Below are positions 11,804 to 22,522 of a stretch of DNA of 64,000 nt, in pieces. This stretch comes from Opitutales bacterium (lineage in GTDB: Bacteria; Verrucomicrobiota; Verrucomicrobiia; Opitutales; PNEW01). The notes under the pieces are model-generated. The model searched no databases, had not been told where the DNA came from, and saw nothing but the letters and a program-made list of their open reading frames with translations. Position 1 is the stretch's first letter. Every line of letters starts with the position of its first letter. The position numbers and the translations under genes are program-made. The stretch is from the NCBI GenBank assembly GCA_965197745.1, contig CBDANS010000006.1, positions 640,001 through 704,000 of the forward strand. The letters run 5' to 3'.

Positions 11804-12037
11804 ATTGTCCTTAATTTTGGTTTAATTAAGGGTAAATATAACACACAATTAAACTTGTGTAAAGGTTATAAACGCGTTAAGTAATCCAAGTTGCCACCCC
11901 CGATCGATCTCCGCCTATAGCTCTCTCCTATAATTAAATAATGATTAGGTTGGATTACTAACCAACCCGACAAATAATGCTTCATAAGCACAAATTCCTC
12001 ACCACATCTTTGACATCGCTATAATCGTTATAACAGT

Positions 12038-14269
12038 ATGAAAAGAAAACCTATAAAAATAATTCCGATTCTGATTCTCTTGCTCTATTTCCCGGTGCGC
12101 CTGTCAGCCTTGCCTCAAGACCTCGATACTTTTTTCGATTTCGAAAATGTCATAGGTGAAGAGGGAGAGTTCATAATCGGGGAAGCGCCTTTTACGATCC
12201 GGGTTATTGGCTTCATATTGCAAGATGTAGAAAACCCCTCCCTCACACACTCAGGCACTCGGGCCCTGGTTCTCGACCAGAATGCCCCGGATCATAAAAT
12301 CTTATTTGAACGGGGCGTCAACTTGCTTCAGTTTTACGCCGTCGACACCTTGGGCGGTAGTAGAATCGAGCTCAGGGATCTTAATTTTATAGTATTGTCT
12401 GATCAAGGCGTCGTCAACGGTTTACCGACTACTCCCGGTCTACAAAGTTTCGTCTCTTTCAGTGGAGATATCCAGGATTTAACGGATCTTAATTTTACGA
12501 ATGGGATAAAGGAAATTAAGATCGTCAATCCGGGAGGACAAGTCGCCATCGATGACCTGGGATTTACTTATGTCGAGGGGCCGGCGAATAATACGGTGTT
12601 TGAAGAATTTAGTTATTATACAGAGCGTGCTATCTTTTTACCCCCTGATGGCAGTCGAACTAATTTTACCATAGGTTTTCCGCCTTACACCGCCACCTTT
12701 ACCGGTGGTGTTGTCCCTGGGACGCCCAATTTTGGGCCTTTTAATCACTCGATACCTGGTGGGGGTGCGCATTGGGGAATTATAGCTTCAGAGCTCTCAG
12801 GTCAACCAGTTAAAGAGGTTACCGGAGTGATCGAATTTGAAACCCCGGTTGCTCAAGTACAGTTCTATGCCGCCGTATTTTTCGAAAAAGATGGCTTTAT
12901 CGAAATCTTCGATCCTGAAGGTAACTTGCTCACCTCGACCGACGACGTCGGATTGAATATAAGTATTAACTTTAGTCTACCTTTTACTTATTTCGACTTC
13001 AATGCGGTGGAATTAGGCGCCCCGGGTGGGATTGGCAGTGTCCACTATACGAACCGGACGATCACCTCGACAACGGGAGATGTCGATGGTATCAGTTTGG
13101 ACGACATCGGGTATACCCCGGTCGGTGCTCCCGGAAGTGGTTCCGAGGGACCACCCCCTGTAACCGGTCCCTCTATCACTACCCAACCTGCGAGCCAGGA
13201 AGTGCAGTCTGGTACCGCAGTTGTATTGTCCGTCGCAGCCAGCGGTGACGATCTTACTTACCAGTGGTATACCGGCAACAGCGGTAACATTGCCAGTCCC
13301 GTCGTCGGGGCCACCACCAGTAGCTTAACTACCGGTGCTCTAACAACGAGCACAAACTTCTGGGTGTTGTTAACAAATGCCGGAGGGACCGCCAATAGTG
13401 ATACTGCAGTCATTACCGTTTCAGCCCCCTCTGTCCCTCTCGTCCTCGACGGTTCAGGTGATATAGCAGGAGAGAACATCCAGCATCCCAACGGTAACAT
13501 ATTTGATCAGATTCTGCTTACCGGAGAAAGCATCCGGCTTCAGGCAAGACCGAATCAGATCACACGGGTCTCCTTCATGGACGAAAATGAGGACATTGTG
13601 CAGGTAGAGTTCTCGGGCGCAGGGACCTTTACTGTAATCTTGGACCCGGCCACCTTCCTGCCTCCGGCTCCACCCCTACGCTACAACCAGGCCGTCGAGT
13701 ACGTGACCGGTAAGCCGAGCGTAGTCATCGATGGAGCTGACTCCAGTACCTTCTTCAGTATCTTTACGGTGGGATCGATCAACGCGGTGAACCAGGCGCT
13801 CTTCCCCGAGGGACAGGTTTATGACGCGCAAGCCGACGTCACCTTGGTGGAAGTGATCAACTCCACGGGGATGGGAGGGATACAGTTGTCGAATACTGTC
13901 TTCAGTGGAGACACCGGCAAAGTAGGCGTCGATGCACGCGGAGTACCGATAGCAGTACGCTTAACCGTAGGTGACATCGATGCCAGTGACGATGCAGTAC
14001 CACATTTGCTGTTTGGAGAAGGTTCCTTCACGGTGCCGGCCGGCAACCCCGGGTTGCGGATCACTGGAGGAGACCTGGCACAGACAAATGGAGCTTCGAT
14101 CGTAGTCGCGGAGAGCGGATCGACGACGCGAGAATTTGATACCTTGATTACGCAGAACAATTTTAAATCTGACAACACTCCTCAACCGACTCAAAATATC
14201 AATGCAACCTTCGTTAATGAAGAGGGTGATGAGATCACCATTGCTGTCGATGAGGTAACGATCGAGTGA
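12038..14269 (+). CDS. Secreted protein: two tandem N-terminal domains, Ig-like domain and conserved C-terminal module
   Basis: Signal peptide; N-terminal units end IDDLGFT and LDDIGYTP; C-terminal ~370 aa highly similar to 40035..41756 and 1..~1005. Confidence 0.9.
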   Translation: MKRKPIKIIPILILLLYFPVRLSALPQDLDTFFDFENVIGEEGEFIIGEAPFTIRVIGFILQDVENPSLTHSGTRALVLDQNAPDHKILFERGVNLLQFYAVDTLGGSRIELRDLNFIVLSDQGVVNGLPTTPGLQSFVSFSGDIQDLTDLNFTNGIKEIKIVNPGGQVAIDDLGFTYVEGPANNTVFEEFSYYTERAIFLPPDGSRTNFTIGFPPYTATFTGGVVPGTPNFGPFNHSIPGGGAHWGIIASELSGQPVKEVTGVIEFETPVAQVQFYAAVFFEKDGFIEIFDPEGNLLTSTDDVGLNISINFSLPFTYFDFNAVELGAPGGIGSVHYTNRTITSTTGDVDGISLDDIGYTPVGAPGSGSEGPPPVTGPSITTQPASQEVQSGTAVVLSVAASGDDLTYQWYTGNSGNIASPVVGATTSSLTTGALTTSTNFWVLLTNAGGTANSDTAVITVSAPSVPLVLDGSGDIAGENIQHPNGNIFDQILLTGESIRLQARPNQITRVSFMDENEDIVQVEFSGAGTFTVILDPATFLPPAPPLRYNQAVEYVTGKPSVVIDGADSSTFFSIFTVGSINAVNQALFPEGQVYDAQADVTLVEVINSTGMGGIQLSNTVFSGDTGKVGVDARGVPIAVRLTVGDIDASDDAVPHLLFGEGSFTVPAGNPGLRITGGDLAQTNGASIVVAESGSTTREFDTLITQNNFKSDNTPQPTQNINATFVNEEGDEITIAVDEVTIE

Positions 14270-14403
14270 GACGATTGTGGATGTCGGTCTTCGCCCTCGG
14301 TACGGAATGCGGAATGAGGGATGTCGCGCTTAGCTCTCGGTACGGATTACGGATTGTGTCTAACGGTTATCGAATATAATTCTTATCTTCGTAATTATCC
14401 TCT

Positions 14404-14558
14404 TGTCATTGCGAGGAGCAATGCGACGAAGCTACCGAGCTCAGCGACATCTTCCACTCCAGGAGGATGTCGGTCACGTATTGACAGCCCCCTGGAATAG
14501 AAGATGTCGCGTTTCACGCTCGGTAGCCACAGTCAGCTACGCTTCCTTCGCGATGACA
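14404..14558. repeat. MITE-like palindromic element (TGTCATTGCGAGGAG...CTTCGCGATGACA)
   Basis: Terminal inverted repeats; related copy at 62547-62793 with shared interior. Confidence 0.75.
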
Positions 14559-14663
14559 AATGGAATCAATCCGCAATTGAGACGGCCTGATTGACACCCA
14601 GAGCGCGGAAGTAATATTCTGATCTGTTCTGAATTGTGCATGTAGCACACTAAACGGGTGCGC

Positions 14664-15716
14664 TCAGGCATATTGCACGAGAATCTCGACATGATCCAGC
14701 CGCGGAGTCACGCAAATCGCCGGGTTGAGGCATTCCACGTCGATCTTCAATTCATTCTGGCCGAGCCTCAAGACATCGGGCGGCACGGGATAAGTCATGC
14801 GGGTAAAATTGTCCATGATAAACTGCGCCCGAGTGCTCCGCGCATCTCCCGGCAATAGCCTTCCGTTAACTGAGACCTCATACTCATCCGGCTGCGTGAA
14901 GTTGTGTACCTGCAAGTGCAAGGTGACTCTCGGCGACAGCGCCCGTTGCCGCGCCGCTTCCAGATCATCGGCAATCCCGAACGGGATGACGTGTGACCCA
15001 ACCGACAGCTCCACAGGGAGCACGATCGCGTCGATACCCCGGTAGATCCTGTGGTTCTGTCCCGATTCAGCGCCCTGGTTTGGCGCGCGCGGATGTGAAT
15101 CGAGATCGTAATCGCAGTTGAGAAAGGCAATTGCGCCCGGATCGTGGATCTCGCGCAGCACACGATAATAATCCGGGTGCAGATCGTCGTACCAGACCGT
15201 CCCTGTTCGCTCGGATTGCGGTGGCGTATCTTTTCCGTGTCCGTAGAGCAAGTGCCCGTAGTTGAACAGTTGCAGACCATGCGCTCCCCGGTGATACATT
15301 AACTTGGCCCAGGCGCGGGTCACTTCCGTCCTTCTCCAGTGGTTCGCGCAGGGGAAAATCCAGCAGTCATGCCCTTCGACCAGTTCCAACCACGGACCGA
15401 GGTCCATATCGAATAACATGTATCCGGCGCCAGGCGCAACGGCGTCGACCAACCCCTCATTTACCCACGTGCGCACGTCCATTCCTCGTTGCCAGCACGT
15501 GTCGATATCTGCCACGACACGCACATGCAGGTACATGGGCCGACCACGTTCGCTGCTCACGCGGTCCAGAATCTCGCGCGTCTGCCGTACCATGTCCGTG
15601 ATAAGCGCAGCGTTTTCCGCCTTGCCGAACTCTTTGAAGTAGCGAGGATCGCGGTCGAAATAAAGCGCGACGCCGTCGTTGTCCCATCGGGTGATGAACT
15701 CCTCGATGATGGCCAT
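14664..15716 (-). pseudogene. 5'-truncated TIM-barrel glycoside-hydrolase-like (GHL10/DUF187-like) protein
   Basis: Motifs WDNDGVALYFDRDPRYF and GAHGLQLFN; N-terminus replaced by the IS3 left end at 15717. Confidence 0.6.
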
Positions 15717-17034
15717 TGGTCGTGACCACGAAAACTGGTACACTTGAAAAGTTAGTCTGGGTAACCTAGAAAGGACTCAGACAATGAAAGGCAAAAGATA
15801 CACAACTGAAGAGAAAATACGGATGCTGCGGCAGGCGGACAAAGGGAAAACGATCCTGGAAGCATGCCGCGAGAACAACATTAGCGAACAGACTTTCCAC
15901 CGCTGGAAGCGTGAGTTTGGGATGATTGATGTCGACCAGGCCAAGCGGATGAAGGAACTCTTTGAAGGAGAACGCGCGGTTAAAACGGATGCTGGCGGAC
16001 AAGATGCTGGGGATAGAGATCCTGCAGGAGACCCTCGAAAAAAAACTGTAAGCCCTGGGCACAAGCGGCAAGTGGCAGAGAGACTTGTGGCTCGGGGCCA
16101 GTGTTCGATGCGAGCGGGGTGCCGGTACTTTCGGCTGCACCGTTCCACCTATGCGTATAAGGCGAAGCATCCGGATGCCTGGTTAATGAAACTGAAGGCG
16201 GCAGTAAGGCGGTTATCACGGCAATATGCCAGGTGGGGCTATCCGAAGATCACGAAGCTGTTGAAAGACGAAGGCTGGGAGGTGGGTAAACGTCTCGTGC
16301 AAGGTCTACGACGCGAACTGGGCTTGGCGATCCCCCAACGCAAGCCAAGACGTCGGGGCAGGGGTGTTTCCACCGGGCTGCCGACCAAGGCCGAACATCC
16401 CGGCCATGTTTGGACCTGGGATTTTATCCACGATAAGACGGTCCGCGGTGGCAGTTTAAAAATGTTGACCGTGCTCGATGAGTACACCCGCGAGTGTCGA
16501 GTGATCCATGTTGATCGCCATATCAATGCGGAAACGGTGCGCGGTATCATGCAAAAACTGCTTGCCCGTCATGGGCCGCCACAATATATTCGCAGTGACA
16601 ACGGTTCCGTTCCGAGGAGCGAAGCGACGACATGCGAAGCCATTCATTGAAAAGGAATTGAGAGCCTGGCTAACTGCGATGAAAATCAAAACCCTCTATA
16701 TCGAACCAGGAAGCCCTTGGCAGAACGGATACATCGAATCGTTGCATGCCCGTTTTCGCGAGGAGTGTTTAAACCGTGAACAGCTATGGACTTTGACCGA
16801 AGCCCGCGTGGTGATCGAGGACTGGCGCTGGCTTTACAATAATGTCCGACCCCACCGCAGCCTCGGCAATATCACCCCACGGTGCTTCGCTGAAGACATT
16901 AATACCGAAGGCTTGGGCTCCATTCGGGCTACGCCCTCATTGCGCCCAAGCCTTGACTTCCTCTACCAACTTAACTTCAACATTAACCTCTCCAGACTAA
17001 CTCTCTCGGTGGACCAGTTTACGTAACCCGATCA
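15717..17034 (+). mobile_element. IS3-family element (type A), transposase disrupted
   Basis: Imperfect IRs TGGTCGTGACCACGAAAACTGG / CCAGTTTACGTAACCCGATCA. orfA HTH starts at 15784; A8 frameshift site 16038-16045; DDE motifs WTWDF, SDNG, NGYIES. Extra T near 15961; insert at 16610-16642. Confidence 0.9.
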
Positions 17035-17086
17035 GTACTAATATAGGTTGGGACTGATTTTAAAATAAAGTTAATCAATACTGAAA

Positions 17087-17887
17087 ATGATTATCAAAAG
17101 AAAGAATTTCGTATTCGCATCAATAACTTGGACGATCTCCGGTTTATGTCTTTTTACTAATGTTTTTTGTAATCAATTATCAGGAAGCTATGATAAGAAC
17201 TTTGAACCCTTTTTTAATTCTAAAATTAGTGAAATATCAGATTTGAATAAAAAGGAGGAATTAGAGAATCTTTTCAGTCAAATTGTATCATTACGTGACA
17301 TGCTTCGTGGCCGCGGCATAAATGATCGTGGCACTAGCATAAATAATGAATATGAAGATTTAACAGTTAGGCTTTCAGAAAAATTGAAGCAAGCAGTTAG
17401 GCAAACGGATATCCGAGCTGCATCGACATTTCTTTTTGACACAGTCGAAGATAATTACAACCGCCAGGCAGGACTATCTGCACTTCGTGAATATCAAGAA
17501 TTTAAAATCACTGATATTGAGTTACTCAGTAAGTTATATGTATCTTTAGACTACGAGGACAAAAATCACCACTCGGATAGACGATGGGTTGTACCTTCTA
17601 TTGCAAGAGCCCAACTATCACGTTGGATAGAATACGTGCTTGGTTTAGGAAATGTAGACTCTGCTCCAGCAAAAGAGAAGTATTCTAATCCAAGAAAGTG
17701 GTTAATAAGTAACTTGGAATTAGCGAAACAGTTAGATCAGAATAAAGATTTTTTACCTCTTATTGAGAGTAGCCTAGAGGCTGTACAAATAAACTATGGT
17801 ATTATCAATTCTGTTAAAATAAAAAAAGATAATGTTGATCGGACCCCGTTTACTGTACCAGAGCCCGTGTTAGATCCATCAGGATAG
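17087..17887 (+). pseudogene. Hypothetical exported protein, 3'-truncated by an IS3 end
   Basis: AT-rich ORF with N-terminal hydrophobic segment; last ~17 codons come from IS3 terminal sequence starting at 17836. Confidence 0.55.
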
Positions 17888-18800
17888 TAAGAGTTTTGAT
17901 TTGCTTAGATATGGCTCTCTGGACGTATTCGGCCGGAGGCCGATAGCCCAGAGAACTGTGGAGTCTTTGAGTATTACAATCAAGGCGTCCGGCTTCAGAT
18001 TTTCTATCACATTGGAGTGACCCTAAAAATCGCATCATTTTCAGAGAGAAGTTATGGGGATAGACAGTAAGCTCAATGAAAAGAAAAAGAGAGCCAACAA
18101 ACAGATTATAGCAATACTGGGGCGAGCAGATACAGGAAAGACGGTAGAGGAAGTCTGCTGTGGCAAACAAGGTTAGAGAAAAGATCTTACACTGATTGAA
18201 TCGGGAGTTGATGATGATCGATGGGGACCAGGCCAAGCGGATGATGGATTGGGAAGGGAAAACACACTTGAAGCGAATCCTAACGGATACGATGCCTGGT
18301 GCGGAGATTGTACAAGAGGCGCTGGGCACAAGCAAGAAGCGGTTGAAAAGTTTGTGTCTCGGGATCGCTGTTCGATGCGTGGGGGGGTCAATATTTTCGT
18401 TTTTACCGCTCTGCCTATTCCTATAAGGGGAAGTATCCTTATGCTTGGTTAACAAAGCTGAAAGCAGCGGTGAGATGTTTGTCACGACAATACACTGGAG
18501 ATAAGGCTACATCAAGATCACGAAGCTGTTGCAGGAGGAGGGGGGCGTTAAGGAACCGATGGTGCATGGGCTGCGCTGTCAACTGGGCTTGGCGATTGCG
18601 CTCCATAGACCGAAACATTGATGCAGGGGCACTTCCACTGGCTTGCCAACTGCGACCGAGCATCCCAGCCATCGTCCTTAGTTGGGACTTTATCCACGAC
18701 AAAACGATTCGCGGGGAGCGATCCAAAATAGCTGGCTATCCATAATGAATATACGCGTGAGGTTCTGCTTATCCACGTCGAGCGTCTCATTACCACCATG
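17836..18800. mobile_element. Degenerate IS3 remnants (inverted right end followed by a decayed left half)
   Basis: Minus-strand [12 protein letters not shown] matches 31212..32501; 18013 onward resembles the left end and orfA of the other IS3 copies; WDFIHDKT fragment. Confidence 0.75.
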
Positions 18801-19239
18801 AGCGTGCGATCATGCAAAAGCAGATCGACACAGTCACGGGGCTCCATGCTATTATAGCAGCGACAACTCAACGAGCGATAGCGAGAATAACAAACAGATC
18901 TATTGAAGTATTGTACTTGTTGCAACTTGATCTGACAGACACTGCTTGATCAAATCACAACTCGGTCAGGCAAAAACATTTATAGTTTTCTTCTCAACTT
19001 CTAATCAAATAATAAGTTATCGTCGTGGAGTGCCCCAAAAAAATCCACTCGAAAATTCTTGGCCGATTCCTGGCTGAAGATCAGCATAAAAGTATGATTC
19101 CTGCCCATTCCTGCCAAACATTTTGAGGCAAGGTCAGGAAATTAGAGGAAAATATAAATTATTATTGGGTCGTTATTTAAGTGTAACTAATTTTTAATAA
19201 GTATCTTATAAGGCATTATTGAGTCCCGTTCATAGTCGG

Positions 19240-19535
19240 TTTCATCGAGTCGTTTCACACCGTTTACGCGATGAGTGTTTGAACCGTGAAGTGTTGCTCA
19301 GCGTAGCTGAAGCCCAAGTTGTAATCGAACAATGGCGTCATAATTACAATAATGAACATCCCCACACTCGTTTAGGCTTTAAAAGCCCACTAGAGTTTGT
19401 CAGATTCCTTTCCGATCTTGGCCTCGTCGGGCTAGGCCCTCACTTCGCCAAGATCTCTCATATACATCAATCCTAAAACCATTAACACCCCGATACTCTC
19501 TCACTTAAAAATTGGTACGAATAACGGGGTCCGAC
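19240..19535 (+). mobile_element. IS3 (type B) 3' remnant with right IR
   Basis: RLRDECLNRE...HPHTRLG; ends GGTACGAATAACGGGGTCCGACCA, nearly identical to the end at 23871. Confidence 0.8.
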
Positions 19536-20449
19536 CACTTACCCTCCACAATCATCAAGTCCTCAATGGCGGAGAGAATAACATCCAATTCTCGATGATC
19601 GATTGTATCTAATGGCGATTGAAAATAATTTCGGATCGTCGCACTTCGAATAACGCCGCGACGTCTGAGTACTTCCTTGTAAAGCTGCAACGGGTAGAGA
19701 GATTGCATATTCAGGAGAGGAAGCAAGCGATCGAATAAACGCCGTGCTTTTGCAGCATCACCGCGCTCATAAGTATTCCATATCGCTGCATGCACATCCG
19801 GAATATCGCAAGCCGGCATCGTCCCGCACACTCCCCTGGCCATCTCGTTCATCATGTGCCGGCCGGCCAATCCACCGAATATCCCGTGCAGCTTTTCTTT
19901 ACGCTGAACAAGCTCGAAAAGTTTCGAAACCACATGCGTGCAGAAAAGAGATTCCTCCTTGATATAATGAATATGTTCAATCTCATCGATGAGACGCGCC
20001 ATAAATTCCGGACTCATCGGTGAGCCGACGAAGATGGAGTTTTGAACAATAACGGGAACTTCGGTTGCTGCACCAATGGCTTCAAAATAGCGATATATCC
20101 CCTCACTGTGCAGAGGCTTGATTGGTGGTGACATTGCCATGATCCCATCGGCGCCCAATCCGTTCATCGCCTTCGTCAACTCTGCGGCTGCGTGCGCAGA
20201 CACTCCGCTAGCGACGAGGACTACGGGGATTCGTCCATTCGCCTGTTCACAAACAATGCGGCTGACAAGTAGTCGCTCTTCATCCGAGAGTGCGAAAAAT
20301 TCACTGACATTCGCAGGAACTACCAACCCATGCGCACCCACATCAATGCTAAAATTAACAACCGAGCGAAGAGACTCTTCATCAATACTGCCATCTTCAT
20401 AAAAAGGTGCGACAAGAATAACGTATACACCGCGAAATTTATTTCCCAT
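19505..20449 (-). CDS. Dihydrodipicolinate synthase (DapA/NanA) family aldolase-like protein
   Basis: GAHGLVVPANVSEFFALS, YIKEES (Schiff-base Lys); extreme 3' end overlaps the IS3 IR. Confidence 0.9.
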   Translation of the reverse strand: MGNKFRGVYVILVAPFYEDGSIDEESLRSVVNFSIDVGAHGLVVPANVSEFFALSDEERLLVSRIVCEQANGRIPVVLVASGVSAHAAAELTKAMNGLGADGIMAMSPPIKPLHSEGIYRYFEAIGAATEVPVIVQNSIFVGSPMSPEFMARLIDEIEHIHYIKEESLFCTHVVSKLFELVQRKEKLHGIFGGLAGRHMMNEMARGVCGTMPACDIPDVHAAIWNTYERGDAAKARRLFDRLLPLLNMQSLYPLQLYKEVLRRRGVIRSATIRNYFQSPLDTIDHRELDVILSAIEDLMIVEGKWSDPVIRTNF

Positions 20450-20493
20450 ATTATGGACGAGTCAAAAGATCAAAACGTCAAAAAGAATTAACC

Positions 20494-21534
20494 ATGTACA
20501 CTTTAGAAGAAGATCTCCAAGAGATAATTGAACAAAGCCGCGTTGAGCTTGGGTCTTCTGGGATTATAGCTCGTGTGGAGACTGATGACTTTTTCTGGTG
20601 TGGGACATCCGGAATATTAACTTCCACCGACATTGATAGAGGATTCTACATTTGCAGTCTTAGTAAAACATTCACCGCAATTCTGGTAATGAAGCTTCTT
20701 GAAAATGGTAAACTAAAATTAGATGACCGAATTTCAATTTATCTCAATAAGATTAGCCCGTTTCAGAATATTACTATTAGGCAATTGCTAAATCACTCAC
20801 ATCGTATTCCAGATTATACAAGCTTTGATAACTACGAAGATGAAGTAAATAAATCTCCACATAATCCATGGTCGCGGGAATACATCTCTTCAAGAGCGAA
20901 AAAGATCGGCCTTCTGGAATCTTCGGACGGGAACTGGTCGTACTCAAATACTGGATACATGTATTTATATCAAATAATTGAAATTGTCACTGGGCAAAGT
21001 TATGTCGATGCTATTGACGAACTGGTTATCAAGCCACTCGGGTTTCAATACACGTATGTTGCTACTAAGATCGATAAAGGCAAAATTCTGATTCCAGCCT
21101 ATGACCAATATTTCTCTAAATATGAAGGAGACATACGTTGTCAATATCACCCTGACTGGTGTGCTACGGGTGTACTTGTATCAAATGTTAAGGAAGTATG
21201 TTAACTTTACAGAAAACTGTTAGAGGGTTCCATCCTATCAGAAGAGTCAATGCAAGAAGTATTAGAAGGAGTCGAAACACCTTACTGGGTTGGAGGACGA
21301 GAAGCGTTATACAATGGCAAGTTGAGTTATGGCCTTGGCATAAGAATCTGTAGAAAATTCCCTCTTGGTCCCTTTTTTGGTCATGGAGGAGATTGCCCAG
21401 GCTATTCGATTTGGGCTGGATATATAGATATTTCTGGCGGTAAAAATATAACGAGCTGTGTAGTCTGTAATAGCAGCCTTAAATTTCCACCAGCCGAAGT
21501 TTGGATGAAACTGATCAATCGTGTAGTGGAGTAA
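20494..21534 (+). pseudogene. Serine hydrolase (beta-lactamase/DD-peptidase family) with in-frame stop at 21202-21204
   Basis: SLSK (SxxK), YSN and HGG motifs; the two ORFs are in the same frame. Confidence 0.8.
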
Positions 21535-21643
21535 TAGAGGGAGTGTAAATAGAAATCATATTTTCTTTAACTCTCTCTCAATTATTGAAGCAATACTTTC
21601 AGGTGTTGCTGTAATAGCGACCACCAGTGCATTTTGGGGCTCC

Positions 21644-22158
21644 TCAAGAGTATTGTTTGTTGAGCTCCCAGCCGCCTTTTGTCTTTAGCGTAACCCTGAT
21701 ATTTCCATGTATATCCGTTCGAAAGACTTTGTCTCCCTGTTTCGATCCAGCGCTGCCGGTTTCGTAGAACTCCAAGGCCTTCTCTTCCGGATGACCAAAC
21801 GAGTTGTCTCCGACAGACACGATCGTAACGTCAGGACTGATCTTACGCAGATGATCTAGATAGTAATGTTTCTTGTCTCTTGGATCGTCGAAAAAGGTCA
21901 ACGATCCGTGATGGCTGGCGAGTAGCAGTGACGAACTGAGCGATTCTACATCGTAACTCCTCACTATACTGTACCTCCACGCAACTGCACTTGAATCGCC
22001 GGTGAGCATCATGCTTCCAAGAACTGCACCGTTCGCAGGTCGCCGTTGTTCTACTTTTATAACGATGCTTTGGGCATTCGCATCTGTATCCAAGGCATCA
22101 TTCTTGGAGTTCATTATTCTGAGTCGCGTGTTGCCGAAATCCCAGCGTTTCATTGCCT
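21644..22158 (-). pseudogene. C-terminal fragment of ComEC/Rec2-type MBL-fold hydrolase
   Basis: LTGD, SHHGS, SVGDNSFGHP, RTDIHG; 5' part replaced by an IS3 end at 22159. Confidence 0.75.
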
Positions 22159-22345
22159 CTGGAGTGACCCCAAAAAATCGTATCACTTACCGTGAGAGGT
22201 TATCGGGATAAACAGATAACCTCAATGAAAAGAAAAAGATACAGAACAGATCATAGCAATACTGCGGCAAGCCGATACAGGCAAGACGGGACAGGAAGTC
22301 TGCCGTGGTAACAACCTAAGCGAACCGCCCTTCTATCGGTGTGGT
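22159..22345 (+). mobile_element. IS3 (type B) left-end/orfA fragment
   Basis: Near copy of 22523-22710. Confidence 0.8.
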
Positions 22346-22359
22346 AAAAAGTCAATCAA

Positions 22360-22510
22360 TTAGGGGTTACCTATAAGTGTGCTTACAGGATGGGTAAACA
22401 AATACGGAAGCTACTTAATGATAATATTGATCCTCTCAATAGTGTAGTTGAACTTGATGAAACCTATTAAGGGGCTAAAGAAAGCAACAAACATTAGCAT
22501 AAAAGGACCC
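22360..22510 (+). pseudogene. IS1595 transposase remnant
   Basis: Translates LGVTYKCAYRMGKQIRKLL...VVELDETY*G, paralleling the HTH and EADE region of 10949..11803. Confidence 0.65.
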
Positions 22511-22522
22511 GGTATACACAAG

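Larger units (their letters stand above)
10410..11877 (-). mobile_element. IS1595-family element carrying a passenger gene
   Basis: 24-bp terminal inverted repeats ACGCGTTTATAACCTT(A/T)ACACAAG at 10410-10433 and 11854-11877, one mismatch. Confidence 0.85.

Noticed and set aside
10897..11884. Long antisense ORFs over the IS1595 transposase, and similar shadow ORFs such as 40742..41155 and 52202..52840
   Set aside because: They lie opposite well-supported genes and have no motifs of their own.
13168..14269. Shared C-terminal module as a DGR template/variable repeat pair
   Set aside because: No reverse transcriptase in the window, differences are not adenine-specific, and all copies are coding.
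14272..14560. Short repeats with variable centres as a mini-CRISPR
   Set aside because: Centres are only 5-9 nt hairpins, orientations are mixed and there are no cas genes. Treated as micro-insertions.
21202..21204. In-frame stop in the serine hydrolase as stop-codon recoding
   Set aside because: It is a single TAA, and TAA ends many genes here. A nonsense mutation or base error is simpler.
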